A stretch of 64,000 bases of DNA, taken from IMG/VR virus record IMGVR_UViG_3300028886_000036, positions 32,001 to 96,000 of that record, one strand, 5' to 3'. Positions 19,553 to 29,200 of this stretch are shown here, piece by piece; within the stretch, counting starts at the first letter, position 1; each line of letters opens with the position of its first letter. The notes under the pieces were generated by a model. That model searched no databases and was not told the origin of the DNA. It worked only from the letters and a program-made list of their open reading frames with translations. The DNA comes from a virus. Taxonomy: Duplodnaviria; Caudoviricetes. Made by a program: the position numbers and the translations under genes.

Positions 19553-19945
19553 ATGGATTTTGTTGATACTTTTGATTCTTTAAAAAATTTTTTAGTTAAT
19601 AAAAGATTGTCTAAATCATTAGAGAAAGCTGTTACTGTTAACAAGTATAGTGGAGTTTTCACTGTAGATCCTAACGAATCTAATATGTTTTTAATAAATG
19701 TTGTTACTAATTCAACTGTGGCATTATCAGCATTAGGTTCTGAATATACTAGCACTGGTTCAGTTATATCTATTCTAATGACTTTAAGTAATGCTAATTG
19801 GGTTATAACCTGGCCTAATTCAATTAAGTGGCAGGATGAAACTGCTCCTGAATTAACTCATAAGAATCTTATTACTTTAATGCATTTTGGGGAGACAAAT
19901 ACTTGGTATGGTGGTTGTATAGCAATAGATGATGATTTTAGTTAG
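19553..19945 (+). CDS. Stand-alone copy of the fibre C-terminal domain
   Basis: ITWPNSIKW..APEL...ITL...TWYG as in C-termini of the 11947 and 17745 proteins. Confidence 0.7.
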   Translation: MDFVDTFDSLKNFLVNKRLSKSLEKAVTVNKYSGVFTVDPNESNMFLINVVTNSTVALSALGSEYTSTGSVISILMTLSNANWVITWPNSIKWQDETAPELTHKNLITLMHFGETNTWYGGCIAIDDDFS

Positions 19946-19947
19946 AG

Positions 19948-21489
19948 GTGACTAGTATGTCTCTATTAAAGAAATCATCATTTCTATTTATGAATAACGG
20001 AAATAGACCAGTTGATCTGACTTATTATGCTAGAGATCATATAGCTAATTATGATACTATAACAACTCTTCCTACTGAAACTGTAGAATATTTAGGGTCT
20101 ATACTAATTGGAAATATGTCCAATACATTTAGAGACTGTGCGTCTTTAACTACTATAGACCCCTCTATATGGAATACTGAATTTTGCACAGATATGGGGC
20201 ATCTATTTTATGGGTGTTCTGATTTAACTTCTGTAGATTTAAGTAGCTTAAATGTAACTAATGTAGAAGATATGCAATATTCTTTCTATAATTGTACTGC
20301 ATTAACTTCTGTAGATTTTACTGATTTGGATACACCCAATTTAAAAACAATGAGTTATATGTTCTATGGGTGTTCTGCATTAACAACTTTAACTGGTCTA
20401 TTTGATATAGATGTTTCTAATGTAACAAACTTTTCTAATATATTTAGAGGCTGTACCAAGATAACTAGCTTTAATCTTGCTAATTGGGATATTACTGATA
20501 AATGCACAACTATGACTAGTATGTTTTACGGGTGTTCTGCATTAACTACTATAACCTTTTCCACAGAATGGGATACTTCTAAAGTTACAGGCGCTGGAAG
20601 TATGTTTAGAGGCTGTAGTAAACTTACTACTTTAAATAATGTAAATAGTTTAGACTTTACCAAGTGTTCAACCTTTTCATATATGTTCTATGGTGATTCT
20701 ACATTAGTTAATCTTAATATATCAGACTGGTACAGTGAATCAACAACAACTACTTCATATATGTTTTATAACTGCACTAAGTTAAAGAATGTAGATGTGA
20801 CTGGTATAATCCAAAATTCTCCTAATATAAATTCGATGTCATATATGTTTATGAGTTGTGCTGCGATGACTAATATAAATCTTTCAGGAGTACACGCTAG
20901 TAAGATAACTACATTAGCTAATATGTGTAATAACTGCAAAGGTGCAACTACTATTGACTGTAGCGGTTGGACCTATGATAGTGGTGTTACTACAAAATTA
21001 ACTACCGCTAATGGTGTATTTCAGAACTGCACTGGAGTAGTTAATTTAAATGTAAATGGATGGGATGTAAGTCAAGTAACTGCTTTTAGCTATTGTTTCT
21101 ATACGTGTTCTTCATTAGTCTCATTAGATCTGTCTGATTGGGTTGTTTCTAAATGTACTAATTTTAACTATATGTTTAGTGGTTGCAGTAAAATGAAAGT
21201 ATTAGATATTTCCAACTTTTCAACTTTAAGTAACTCAACTATGACTGGTATGCTTAACATGACTAATTTACAGTATTTAATTATCGGAAGTAGTACTTTT
21301 AAATTTGCAATGAGAGTATCTAATTGCGGTGGTCTCAATACTTCTTGTAAGATATTAGTCCCAAGAGCCTTATTAGATACATATAAATCTGCTACCAACT
21401 GGTCTGCTAGAGAAGATCAATTTGATGCAATAGAGGACTATACTATTACTAGAAGTAATGGTAGAGTAACAGTAACACCTAATAGTTAA
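19948..21489 (+). CDS. BspA/DUF285-type leucine-rich repeat protein
   Basis: About 14 repeats of W.T..V..M..MF.GCS.L..LDL. Confidence 0.85.
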   Translation: MTSMSLLKKSSFLFMNNGNRPVDLTYYARDHIANYDTITTLPTETVEYLGSILIGNMSNTFRDCASLTTIDPSIWNTEFCTDMGHLFYGCSDLTSVDLSSLNVTNVEDMQYSFYNCTALTSVDFTDLDTPNLKTMSYMFYGCSALTTLTGLFDIDVSNVTNFSNIFRGCTKITSFNLANWDITDKCTTMTSMFYGCSALTTITFSTEWDTSKVTGAGSMFRGCSKLTTLNNVNSLDFTKCSTFSYMFYGDSTLVNLNISDWYSESTTTTSYMFYNCTKLKNVDVTGIIQNSPNINSMSYMFMSCAAMTNINLSGVHASKITTLANMCNNCKGATTIDCSGWTYDSGVTTKLTTANGVFQNCTGVVNLNVNGWDVSQVTAFSYCFYTCSSLVSLDLSDWVVSKCTNFNYMFSGCSKMKVLDISNFSTLSNSTMTGMLNMTNLQYLIIGSSTFKFAMRVSNCGGLNTSCKILVPRALLDTYKSATNWSAREDQFDAIEDYTITRSNGRVTVTPNS

Positions 21490-21490
21490 T

Positions 21491-21527
21491 AAAAAGAAAA
21501 CTAGAGACCATTAGGTCTCTAGTTTTT
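21491..21527. terminator. Bidirectional intrinsic terminator
   Basis: AAAACTAGAGACC-atta-GGTCTCTAGTTTT between convergent blocks. Confidence 0.8.
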
Positions 21528-21531
21528 AATG

Positions 21532-21873
21532 TTATTTATAAAATATGGTAATTTTCTTCCACCTAAATCTGGTTTTCTTTTTGAGTCTATAATACTCATA
21601 TACTAGAAGAAAGGTATAATACTTTCCGTGTTCTGGATTAAAAACATTCCCATCTTCGTCTGAAATCTGCCCTGTAGTGGACAGCATAAACTTCCCGAAC
21701 ATATGGGCATCTTTAAAAGGAAACAATCTTGCATATGGGAAATACCCTTCAAAGATATTCTTATACTTTTCTTCAGCATTGTGGGTATACTCAAATACAA
21801 AGAGCTTTAAATCATAGTTACCGGGTACTTTTGTTTCAGATTCAAACTCCGAGTAGAACTCATCTATACCCAC
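21532..21873 (-). CDS. Hypothetical protein
   Basis: Packed ORF with GGAGG RBS. Confidence 0.7.
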   Translation of the reverse strand: MGIDEFYSEFESETKVPGNYDLKLFVFEYTHNAEEKYKNIFEGYFPYARLFPFKDAHMFGKFMLSTTGQISDEDGNVFNPEHGKYYTFLLVYEYYRLKKKTRFRWKKITIFYK

Positions 21874-22349
21874 TAAATTTCCTCCTTTAACATTTCAGTT
21901 TCTGAATCTCTGTAATTAAAATCTATATCAATGTTAAGACCAGTTAAATCTTTTACAGTTCCTTCAATTACTCTGTCGATGTTATTGTACACAATGTCTT
22001 CTTTTGTTACAATCGTATACCCAGCATTTATAAAACGAAGCTTCTCCTGCCCCACATATTTAAGAGCAAATACATCCGTATTTTCTGGGAGAAGCTTTTG
22101 AAGTGGTCTATAAAACACTTCTTCTATATCTTCATAGTCCCCAGTTTCGTCATTATAAGGACCAACAATGTCCCCATAACAGAGTAATTGATGATAAAAG
22201 TATCCGCTTTCCTTACATGGATATTTGTTGTGTATTAAGGTATCATCCCCATCTCCAATAACTACTAACTTATTAAGTATATTTTTCAGGGTGAACTCGT
22301 TGTTCACCCTGAACCAATTCGTCTTTGTGAAAGTGTAGTAGTTAGCCAC
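21873..22349 (-). CDS. Hypothetical phage protein
   Basis: MANYY....TNWFRV...VGQEKLRF pattern. Confidence 0.75.
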   Translation of the reverse strand: MANYYTFTKTNWFRVNNEFTLKNILNKLVVIGDGDDTLIHNKYPCKESGYFYHQLLCYGDIVGPYNDETGDYEDIEEVFYRPLQKLLPENTDVFALKYVGQEKLRFINAGYTIVTKEDIVYNNIDRVIEGTVKDLTGLNIDIDFNYRDSETEMLKEEI

Positions 22350-22351
22350 AA

Positions 22352-22675
22352 TTACTCACCGTCATCATATTCAATAATAACATTAAGTTCATCAGGAGCA
22401 TAATAGCCCTTATTGTTATCTACCTTTGGGCTAGGCTTAATAAGAATTTCAAACTTATCAGTATCACTTTTAATACCTTCCGGTTCAACCCAAATTGTTC
22501 CATCTGAGATATACTCGTATGAGCTAAACAAACCGCATTTGATTCCTTCAAGAACATTTTGCATGTCATTGAAATCAATCATTTTGCTCATCTTAGTGCA
22601 GTAATCATACTTGAATTCCTTAAACTTGTCAGTATTAGTGCAGTTGTCAAAATCAAATACTTTAGTAATAATCAT
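22352..22675 (-). CDS. Hypothetical protein
   Basis: GGAGG RBS. Confidence 0.7.
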   Translation of the reverse strand: MIITKVFDFDNCTNTDKFKEFKYDYCTKMSKMIDFNDMQNVLEGIKCGLFSSYEYISDGTIWVEPEGIKSDTDKFEILIKPSPKVDNNKGYYAPDELNVIIEYDDGE

Positions 22676-22848
22676 TATTTATTCCTCCTAACAGGTTTTT
22701 TATTTAACACCTTATCCCTATAATCTGTAATAGAAAAGTTCTTATCTTTCTTTAACATATTAAGGGCATGTTCACATTTACTAATATCATAATCTCTAAG
22801 TTCAAAAAGAGCTTTGAGGTTATCAATATGTTTTTGTTCAAATGGCAT
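22675..22848 (-). CDS. 57-aa hypothetical protein (below track cut-off)
   Basis: MPFEQKHIDNLK...; GGAGGG RBS; TAATG coupling to next gene. Confidence 0.6.
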   Translation of the reverse strand: MPFEQKHIDNLKALFELRDYDISKCEHALNMLKKDKNFSITDYRDKVLNKKPVRRNK

Positions 22849-22860
22849 TTTTACCCCTCC

Positions 22861-23121
22861 TTATATAATTGGCTTACAAATCTTATAAAACACATACTCA
22901 TCAACAGCTTCAGTAAGTTGATCTGCTACTGTGTCTATACTTACTGAGCTATTAAGTTCATGAGCATAACTACTTAATGTACATAGTTTAGCAAAGTAAT
23001 CAAGGTTATCATCAATTCTCTTTCTAATCTCAACATACTTCTTATCCAGGTTATCAATATCCTCTTTAGTTAATTCTGGTGGATTAGTCCACATTGAGGA
23101 TAAGATTTCTCTGTAAGTCAT
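22861..23121 (-). CDS. Hypothetical protein
   Basis: ATGA overlap. Confidence 0.7.
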   Translation of the reverse strand: MTYREILSSMWTNPPELTKEDIDNLDKKYVEIRKRIDDNLDYFAKLCTLSSYAHELNSSVSIDTVADQLTEAVDEYVFYKICKPII

Positions 23122-23324
23122 TCTTCAACAAGTTCTTTCAGCCTATTGTTGCACTTATTAATTTCATTATGTGCAGAAGTAAGCTGATTCTGAATAGCCT
23201 GAATGTTTACAAGTACATCAGATTTCTCTCTGCAAATTTGACCAATATGTTGCAGAGAGTTAATGTACTTTGGGTCGTTCATAGAACATACCAGGGTCAC
23301 AACTTGTTTCAAAACATCTTCCAT
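23118..23324 (-). CDS. Hypothetical coiled-coil protein
   Basis: AAAGGA RBS; heptad-like C-terminus. Confidence 0.65.
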   Translation of the reverse strand: MEDVLKQVVTLVCSMNDPKYINSLQHIGQICREKSDVLVNIQAIQNQLTSAHNEINKCNNRLKELVEE

Positions 23325-23337
23325 TTATATCATCCTT

Positions 23338-23685
23338 TCATTTAATTAGGTCTCTGAGTTTATCAAATAGTGTGCAATAGCCACGCAACCACGTGCAATG
23401 TTCACAATCATCTTCACTATTGCACGTATTCTCAATTAATTTTAGTAAAAACTCTGGCGGGTCTTTTCCTTTATCATAAAATACATTTTTAGAGAAATAC
23501 ATAGCTATATCATCATCTATTCCACAATCAAAGAAACATCGAATTTTCTGGCCTGAGAATCCACATTTAAGAGGACAATTGTCCGGGCAGTCTTTAAATT
23601 TTAAACAAATATTTCGAAGTATTGGTATAGTTATTAATTTTAAACTTCTTGTGAAATTGTCCATCAGCAGTCCTTCGTAAAACAA
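23338..23685 (-). CDS. Small Cys-rich hypothetical protein
   Basis: CLKFKDCPDNCPLKC and CNSEDDCEHC units. Confidence 0.7.
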   Translation of the reverse strand: MFYEGLLMDNFTRSLKLITIPILRNICLKFKDCPDNCPLKCGFSGQKIRCFFDCGIDDDIAMYFSKNVFYDKGKDPPEFLLKLIENTCNSEDDCEHCTWLRGYCTLFDKLRDLIK

Positions 23686-23729
23686 ATAAAATAATGGGAG
23701 AGACCTAAACAGATCTCTCCCACGATAGA

Positions 23730-24056
23730 TTACTTAATTTCTTTAGACCAGTGGATAAACACTCCCTGGTCAGTAACCTTAGCAGTAATGTCAAGGTTAC
23801 CGTAGGGGATTGTATTGGTCTTGTCATCCTCGCCGCAATTATCCTCACAAAGTCCGATAATGTACGCGAGGATAAGTTTCGCATTTTCGCCAAAGGTTTT
23901 TCGAAGCAGTTTAATCTCTGGCTTACAGTTCAGTTCGACATAGTTCTCGAACTCATCCGCGATACTGTATTTCCCAGTGTTGCAAAGAATATCCAGATCG
24001 CTAGGTTCAATAGAGACAGTGACTTCTTCGGTTCCGATAAACTTCTTGTTAATCAT
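23730..24056 (-). CDS. Hypothetical protein (weak bacterial DNA-binding HU/IHF-like C-terminus possible)
   Basis: GGAGG RBS; GC higher than flanks; followed by hairpin at 23692-23722. Confidence 0.65.
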   Translation of the reverse strand: MINKKFIGTEEVTVSIEPSDLDILCNTGKYSIADEFENYVELNCKPEIKLLRKTFGENAKLILAYIIGLCEDNCGEDDKTNTIPYGNLDITAKVTDQGVFIHWSKEIK

Positions 24057-24143
24057 AACAATACCTCCAGTTAAAATTTGTCCTTGAGAATACTAATGTA
24101 CTCTCGCCATTGAGCGCATCTATAATTTCAACTAACTTAATAG

Positions 24144-24437
24144 TTAGTCTCTAGGGAATGAAATAAGTAAACATCCAAACACACTACACATAAACATTGC
24201 AATGGCAATTACTGGATGTAAGTTCTGGAAACATTTTACTAATCCACCCGGACTGACAACCAATGATACGCAGAATAACCATTTAATCTTGTTAATAAAT
24301 TTAGTGAAGGTTTCACCACCAACACTGATGCCAACACATACAATCAACCAGCTTAAAGTTACTACTAAGAAATAGCTAATGATACTAGTAAACATAAGCA
24401 CTTCAAATACATCAAACTCAGGGATTGTAATAGTCAT
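24144..24437 (-). CDS. Hypothetical membrane protein, paralog of 24438..24896
   Basis: Hydrophobic helices; shared MTI..P start and KFI.K...P.G. Confidence 0.7.
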   Translation of the reverse strand: MTITIPEFDVFEVLMFTSIISYFLVVTLSWLIVCVGISVGGETFTKFINKIKWLFCVSLVVSPGGLVKCFQNLHPVIAIAMFMCSVFGCLLISFPRD

Positions 24438-24896
24438 TTAGATCATCCTTTCTTGATTTTGTTTATCAGCAAGTTGAGCTTCTAATGCAATCTGATCAAT
24501 CCTATAATTTTCAATGATGCCATCTTTACGTTGGATTTCTTTTTCAAGATATGCATTTCTAGATCTAATATCTTTAATTTTTTGTGGTTCAAACTGATCT
24601 GCAAAACATACTAGCAATACACATGAAATACCACCAAGAGCAATAGTCGCTATTACAAGAGCTGTACAATCATAACTAGTTCCATATAAGAACCACCTGT
24701 ATATTCCGTATGGATAGAACATCAAAATAAGTTTCTTAATAAATTTAAGTCCTTTAAACTTATAATCTCCATTAATAAAGCAGCTAACAATTACATACCA
24801 TAAAAACATTAATGTAGCTACTACTGAAAACATACTGAAGTTGTTAACCCAAATAATCAACTGAGCCAAGGTTACATTAGGAACATTAATAGTCAA
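24438..24896 (-). CDS. Hypothetical membrane protein with C-terminal coiled coil
   Basis: AAAGGAG RBS, TTG start, hydrophobic segments. Confidence 0.7.
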   Translation of the reverse strand: MTINVPNVTLAQLIIWVNNFSMFSVVATLMFLWYVIVSCFINGDYKFKGLKFIKKLILMFYPYGIYRWFLYGTSYDCTALVIATIALGGISCVLLVCFADQFEPQKIKDIRSRNAYLEKEIQRKDGIIENYRIDQIALEAQLADKQNQERMI

Positions 24897-24912
24897 TTAT
24901 AATTTCTCCTTT

Positions 24913-25122
24913 CTAGTTAGTGAAGAACTCATCCCTAATTTGAGATGGTTCAACACTTCTTACATTCACATCTATTGGGTTAAAATACTGCCCAATCTCG
25001 CCACTGTAAATTCTTTTCATAGCTTCCTGTTTTGCCCCTTCTTCAGTCTTAACTTCTGAAGCATCAAACCAGAATTCACAGGTACCGTCGAATTTTACCA
25101 CAACCTTAAACACTTTCTTCAT
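24913..25122 (-). CDS. Hypothetical protein
   Basis: GGAAGG RBS. Confidence 0.7.
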   Translation of the reverse strand: MKKVFKVVVKFDGTCEFWFDASEVKTEEGAKQEAMKRIYSGEIGQYFNPIDVNVRSVEPSQIRDEFFTN

Positions 25123-25149
25123 TTAATATACCTTCCTTTTTAAAGATAA

Positions 25150-25608
25150 CTATTTTTCATATCCACAATCAAGAACATAACTTCTAGATTGAACATATTG
25201 TGTCGTTTTATTAGTCCGACCGCGTTTTCTAAAGGTTTTATAGTTTCCTGGTCTATTATATTTATACCGATGACTTTTATCTGCGTTGAACTTGCAAATC
25301 AAAGAATTCAATACGCTATCATCGATATAGATACCCCTATAATATTTAGATCCAACAATATCAATTAAGTTTTTCATAACATCACGTTTAGGATAATGAT
25401 AAGCTTTATAGTAAGCTTCATTAGGACTATCTAGTACCTCGTCATACAGTGTAATCATAAACTTCTTGAAAACTTGATAGAGCTCTTCTTTTGCTTCACT
25501 ATTTTCACTAGAGGATTCATAGCGCCTAGCTTTTTCTTTAGAGATAACCCTTTCAAGATCTTTATCAAAATCTAGAACCATGTTACCCTTGAGAGTAATA
25601 TCAATCAT
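25150..25608 (-). CDS. Hypothetical protein
   Basis: AAGGAGG RBS. Confidence 0.7.
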   Translation of the reverse strand: MIDITLKGNMVLDFDKDLERVISKEKARRYESSSENSEAKEELYQVFKKFMITLYDEVLDSPNEAYYKAYHYPKRDVMKNLIDIVGSKYYRGIYIDDSVLNSLICKFNADKSHRYKYNRPGNYKTFRKRGRTNKTTQYVQSRSYVLDCGYEK

Positions 25609-25646
25609 TTGAGGTTCCTCCTTTTATTTTGAACAAATTATAGGGT

Positions 25647-26051
25647 TTACTTTTTCTTCAAACTATAAACAAAGTCACTATACCCAGTAGGAGTATAAGA
25701 AAACAATGCTTCAGGATCAATGTTATAAATCTTAAGTAGTTGATTGATTTCTACAGGATATACATTGACACCTGATTCAATATGAAGAATGTCAATAATA
25801 GCTCTTTTAGTGATAAAGATCTCAGACTCATATGAATCATATGCTTGAATACAATAGTGTTTTGTTCTAATTTCATATCGATCTGATTCTTCATTCAACT
25901 TGGTGCTATTGAGAAGATCTCTCATAAGTGGATAAAGTTTTCTGAGCTTTAAAGTATATTTACTCAGATCAACTTTTTTACTATCCATAACAACAACTTC
26001 GATACCGCTTCTAATAACACTAATACTCATTGTTGACACCCTTTCTTTCAT
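25647..26051 (-). CDS. Hypothetical protein
   Basis: ORF; start probably at internal MSISV. Confidence 0.65.
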   Translation of the reverse strand: MKERVSTMSISVIRSGIEVVVMDSKKVDLSKYTLKLRKLYPLMRDLLNSTKLNEESDRYEIRTKHYCIQAYDSYESEIFITKRAIIDILHIESGVNVYPVEINQLLKIYNIDPEALFSYTPTGYSDFVYSLKKK

Positions 26052-26155
26052 AAGAGGTTTTGATGGAATGCCTTGTTACGCCGCGAATAACTTTGCTAAG
26101 ATACATTGACTTATACATTGAAACCCTCCTTATAAAGGTTTAAAGATGTAATGCG

Positions 26156-26177
26156 CTAATATAATATATATACAAAA
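26156..26177 (-). promoter_or_regulatory. Putative phage early promoter motif
   Basis: ttttgtatatatattatattag at the head of the 21.5-26.1 kb - strand block. Confidence 0.55.
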
Positions 26178-26267
26178 ACTCACATGAATGTAACAAGTAT
26201 TACTGCCTAGAGATACTCTATGTATCTTTAAGGCAGTATTTTTATTTTTCTAAAAAGAGGTGATACA

Positions 26268-29200
26268 ATGTCTGATAACTTAAACTCTGGTAGTTTATTA
26301 AGCTCTTTAAGTGGTAGCGCTAGGCCTGCTAGAACAACCACTCCGATGACTAATTCATCTAATGCTGGTAATAATAGTATTTTGCCAGGTTCGATGAGTT
26401 CGTCTCAAAGACAAGCTATCAATAGAGAGTTTTTAGATAATCAAACTAGGCAAACTAATCTTTTAAATAGTAATGCTATGTTAAATAATCTAGCAGCTCA
26501 AAACCAAGGAATGATGAATCAATTTAATGGATCATTAATGAGACAAATGGGAGCTATAGATGCAGCTGCTAATAAAATTACTAATGCTATAACGAATCAA
26601 ACTAATCAATTAGTTAGTGCTATTACAAATATGAGTAGCTCAATTACAGAGTCTATTAAAGGTCTTCAAGAAGGAATTAACAACTTATTTTATGAACGAG
26701 CTAGAGCATACGCTAGTAAATTAGAATACGAAGAAGATCAAAATATATATAAAGATTATGCTGAGAATTTTATAAAAACTTTCTTTAGTGAAAAGATTAT
26801 GAACATACTAACAAGTATTGAGTTTGTTTCTTTAAAAGAAGTTAAAGAACAAACTTTAAAATACTTGATGCAAAATGGTGGAGTTGCTAAGTTTTTAGGG
26901 ATAAAGCCTTTAGGATCGGATCGAGCTAATAATATGGTTCCTTTTACCAAAGACATTGCTGATGCAATACTAGAATCTTCTAAACATTTATTAGTTATAG
27001 CTAATGCAGTTAATAATATTAATCGAGATACGCCAATCATATTAGAAAATTTTGGCGGTGCGCTTATAGATAAGCAAGATACACTTTTAAATATTAATAG
27101 AGAACAACTTATTAGTACTAATAGAATTGGAAACATACTCGATGCTTTTAGTAACAATTATATGAATGTAAATCAAGCTAGAGTAACTGAACCTATGCGT
27201 GGAGCTATAGATGTTATAAGAGAAGTTACAGGTAATAATCAAGTACAAAACATTGCTGACTTACAACGTGAAATACAGAGATTAGAAGGCACTTTAAATA
27301 ATGAAAGACAAATTGCACAAAGATATGCAGATAGAGACGATCCTAATAGTGAATATAATAGAAGAAGAAATCAATTAGAACAAGATATATTTAGGAACGG
27401 TGGAGCAGAAAGGCAACAATTAAGAGAACAGCTTAATCAAGCTGGTTTAACTCAAAATCAAAGACGGCAAATAACCCAAAGAATACAGCAATTGAATGGG
27501 CAACTTCAAGTACTTGATAACGAATTAAGAAATTGGACTCAGGATTATAGAAATTTAGGAGCAAATGCGTGGGGAAGAAATTCTTTAACTAATGCTAATG
27601 TTAGAAGATCTAGAGCTGAAACTGAGAGAGAAGTTGCTAGATTAGAAAGAGCACTTAGAACATTAAGAAGAGGTGCTAGAAATCAGAATTCTTTCGATGA
27701 AGCCACTAGAAACGGTTTTGGGGCTAATTATTTAGAAAGTGAAATTAGAAATATAGAAGCCTATGCATCTGGTAGAAGTGGAAGATTTTCATCAAGAGGT
27801 AGAATGACACAAAATAAGGCTCAAAAAGATGATAGGGCTAAATTGATGGAAACGCTTAGGGATTCTATTAATAAGAACGTATATCAAACTGAAGAAAACA
27901 CTAAAGCTTTGAATAAAAGTATAAGTGCTATGGATGTATTTAAAACATCTCTTTTAGCTGCTATTAATCCTATGAATATAAAGAAAATTGGTGAGTTTGG
28001 TTATAAGTTGTTTAAGTTTGTTTCTCCATTCTTCATGTATAGATGGGGATTACAAATGTTAACAGGAAAATCTCCTTTACCACTTATTGGAGAAACTTTA
28101 CCTGGGTTATTAAGTAAACCGTTAAATTATGTAAGTAGTATACAGCTAGGGGATAAAACTTTAGGAGAAAGAGCTTCTGGCTGGTGGGGAACTATTAAAA
28201 CTACTTTAGCAGAATTTTATAATAATCATTTAAAAGGTATTTGGGAAAGCATAAAAGATAATTTAGCATCTTTTAAAGAAACTTTTATAGGATGGATTGG
28301 CAAAGATTGGTGGATGAGAATATATGATACTTGGGAAGCTGTTAAAAAATATACATCATTAGGATGGGATGCCTTTTTAAATCCAGATACTGAAAAAGCA
28401 GCAATAGCTAGAGAACAAATAGTTACTAGTATTAAATCTGCTATGAAAGATGTTGTTATAAAATATCTTTTACCAGGGATTGTGTATGGAATTGGTGCAT
28501 ATACAGCATTTAAGAACGTAACTAATCCTGGTAAATTTTTATCCGAGTTATATAGACCTGTAAAATTTTTAGGGAGAAGGTTTGGTGGCGGATTTAGAAC
28601 TAGAGTATATAATTTTAATGAAGCTAGAACAGTCCTTCAAGATTCAGCTATTAATGAGCTTCAAAGATATAATAAAGAATTTGGTTTAAGTAATATAAGG
28701 ACAAATTTAAGAGCAGATGAAAGAGGAAATCCTGTATTAACTTTAAGAGCTAATAGATTTGGTAATTTGAGATCTACTAACTTTACTGGTCAGTTTAATC
28801 AAGAAAGAGTTTTAGGAAATGCAGCTAGAACTTTAATGGATAGATTAGGAGTAGATAGACAAACTGCTGACAGTATGTTACGTGAAGCTGCTACTGGAGG
28901 AGGAGCTAGTTATAGAATATCTAGATTAGCAACCAGTATAGGCAATGGATTAAAGAATGTAACTAGAGTTTTATCTGCTTTTATGAGAGGTACTACTTGG
29001 GTGTTTAATATAGGAACAACATTATTTAGTTTGTATAAAATGTGGAACTTTTTTAAGGATAAGGTAAAGCAAATAGCTGAAGCTGATGGGATAACTGGCG
29101 GAATGCGAGATATGGTATTATATGCTACTAAAAAAGGAATTTCTACTTTATTAGATGTTGGAAAGGAAATATGGAAAGAATTACCAATAGTAATGGGGTC

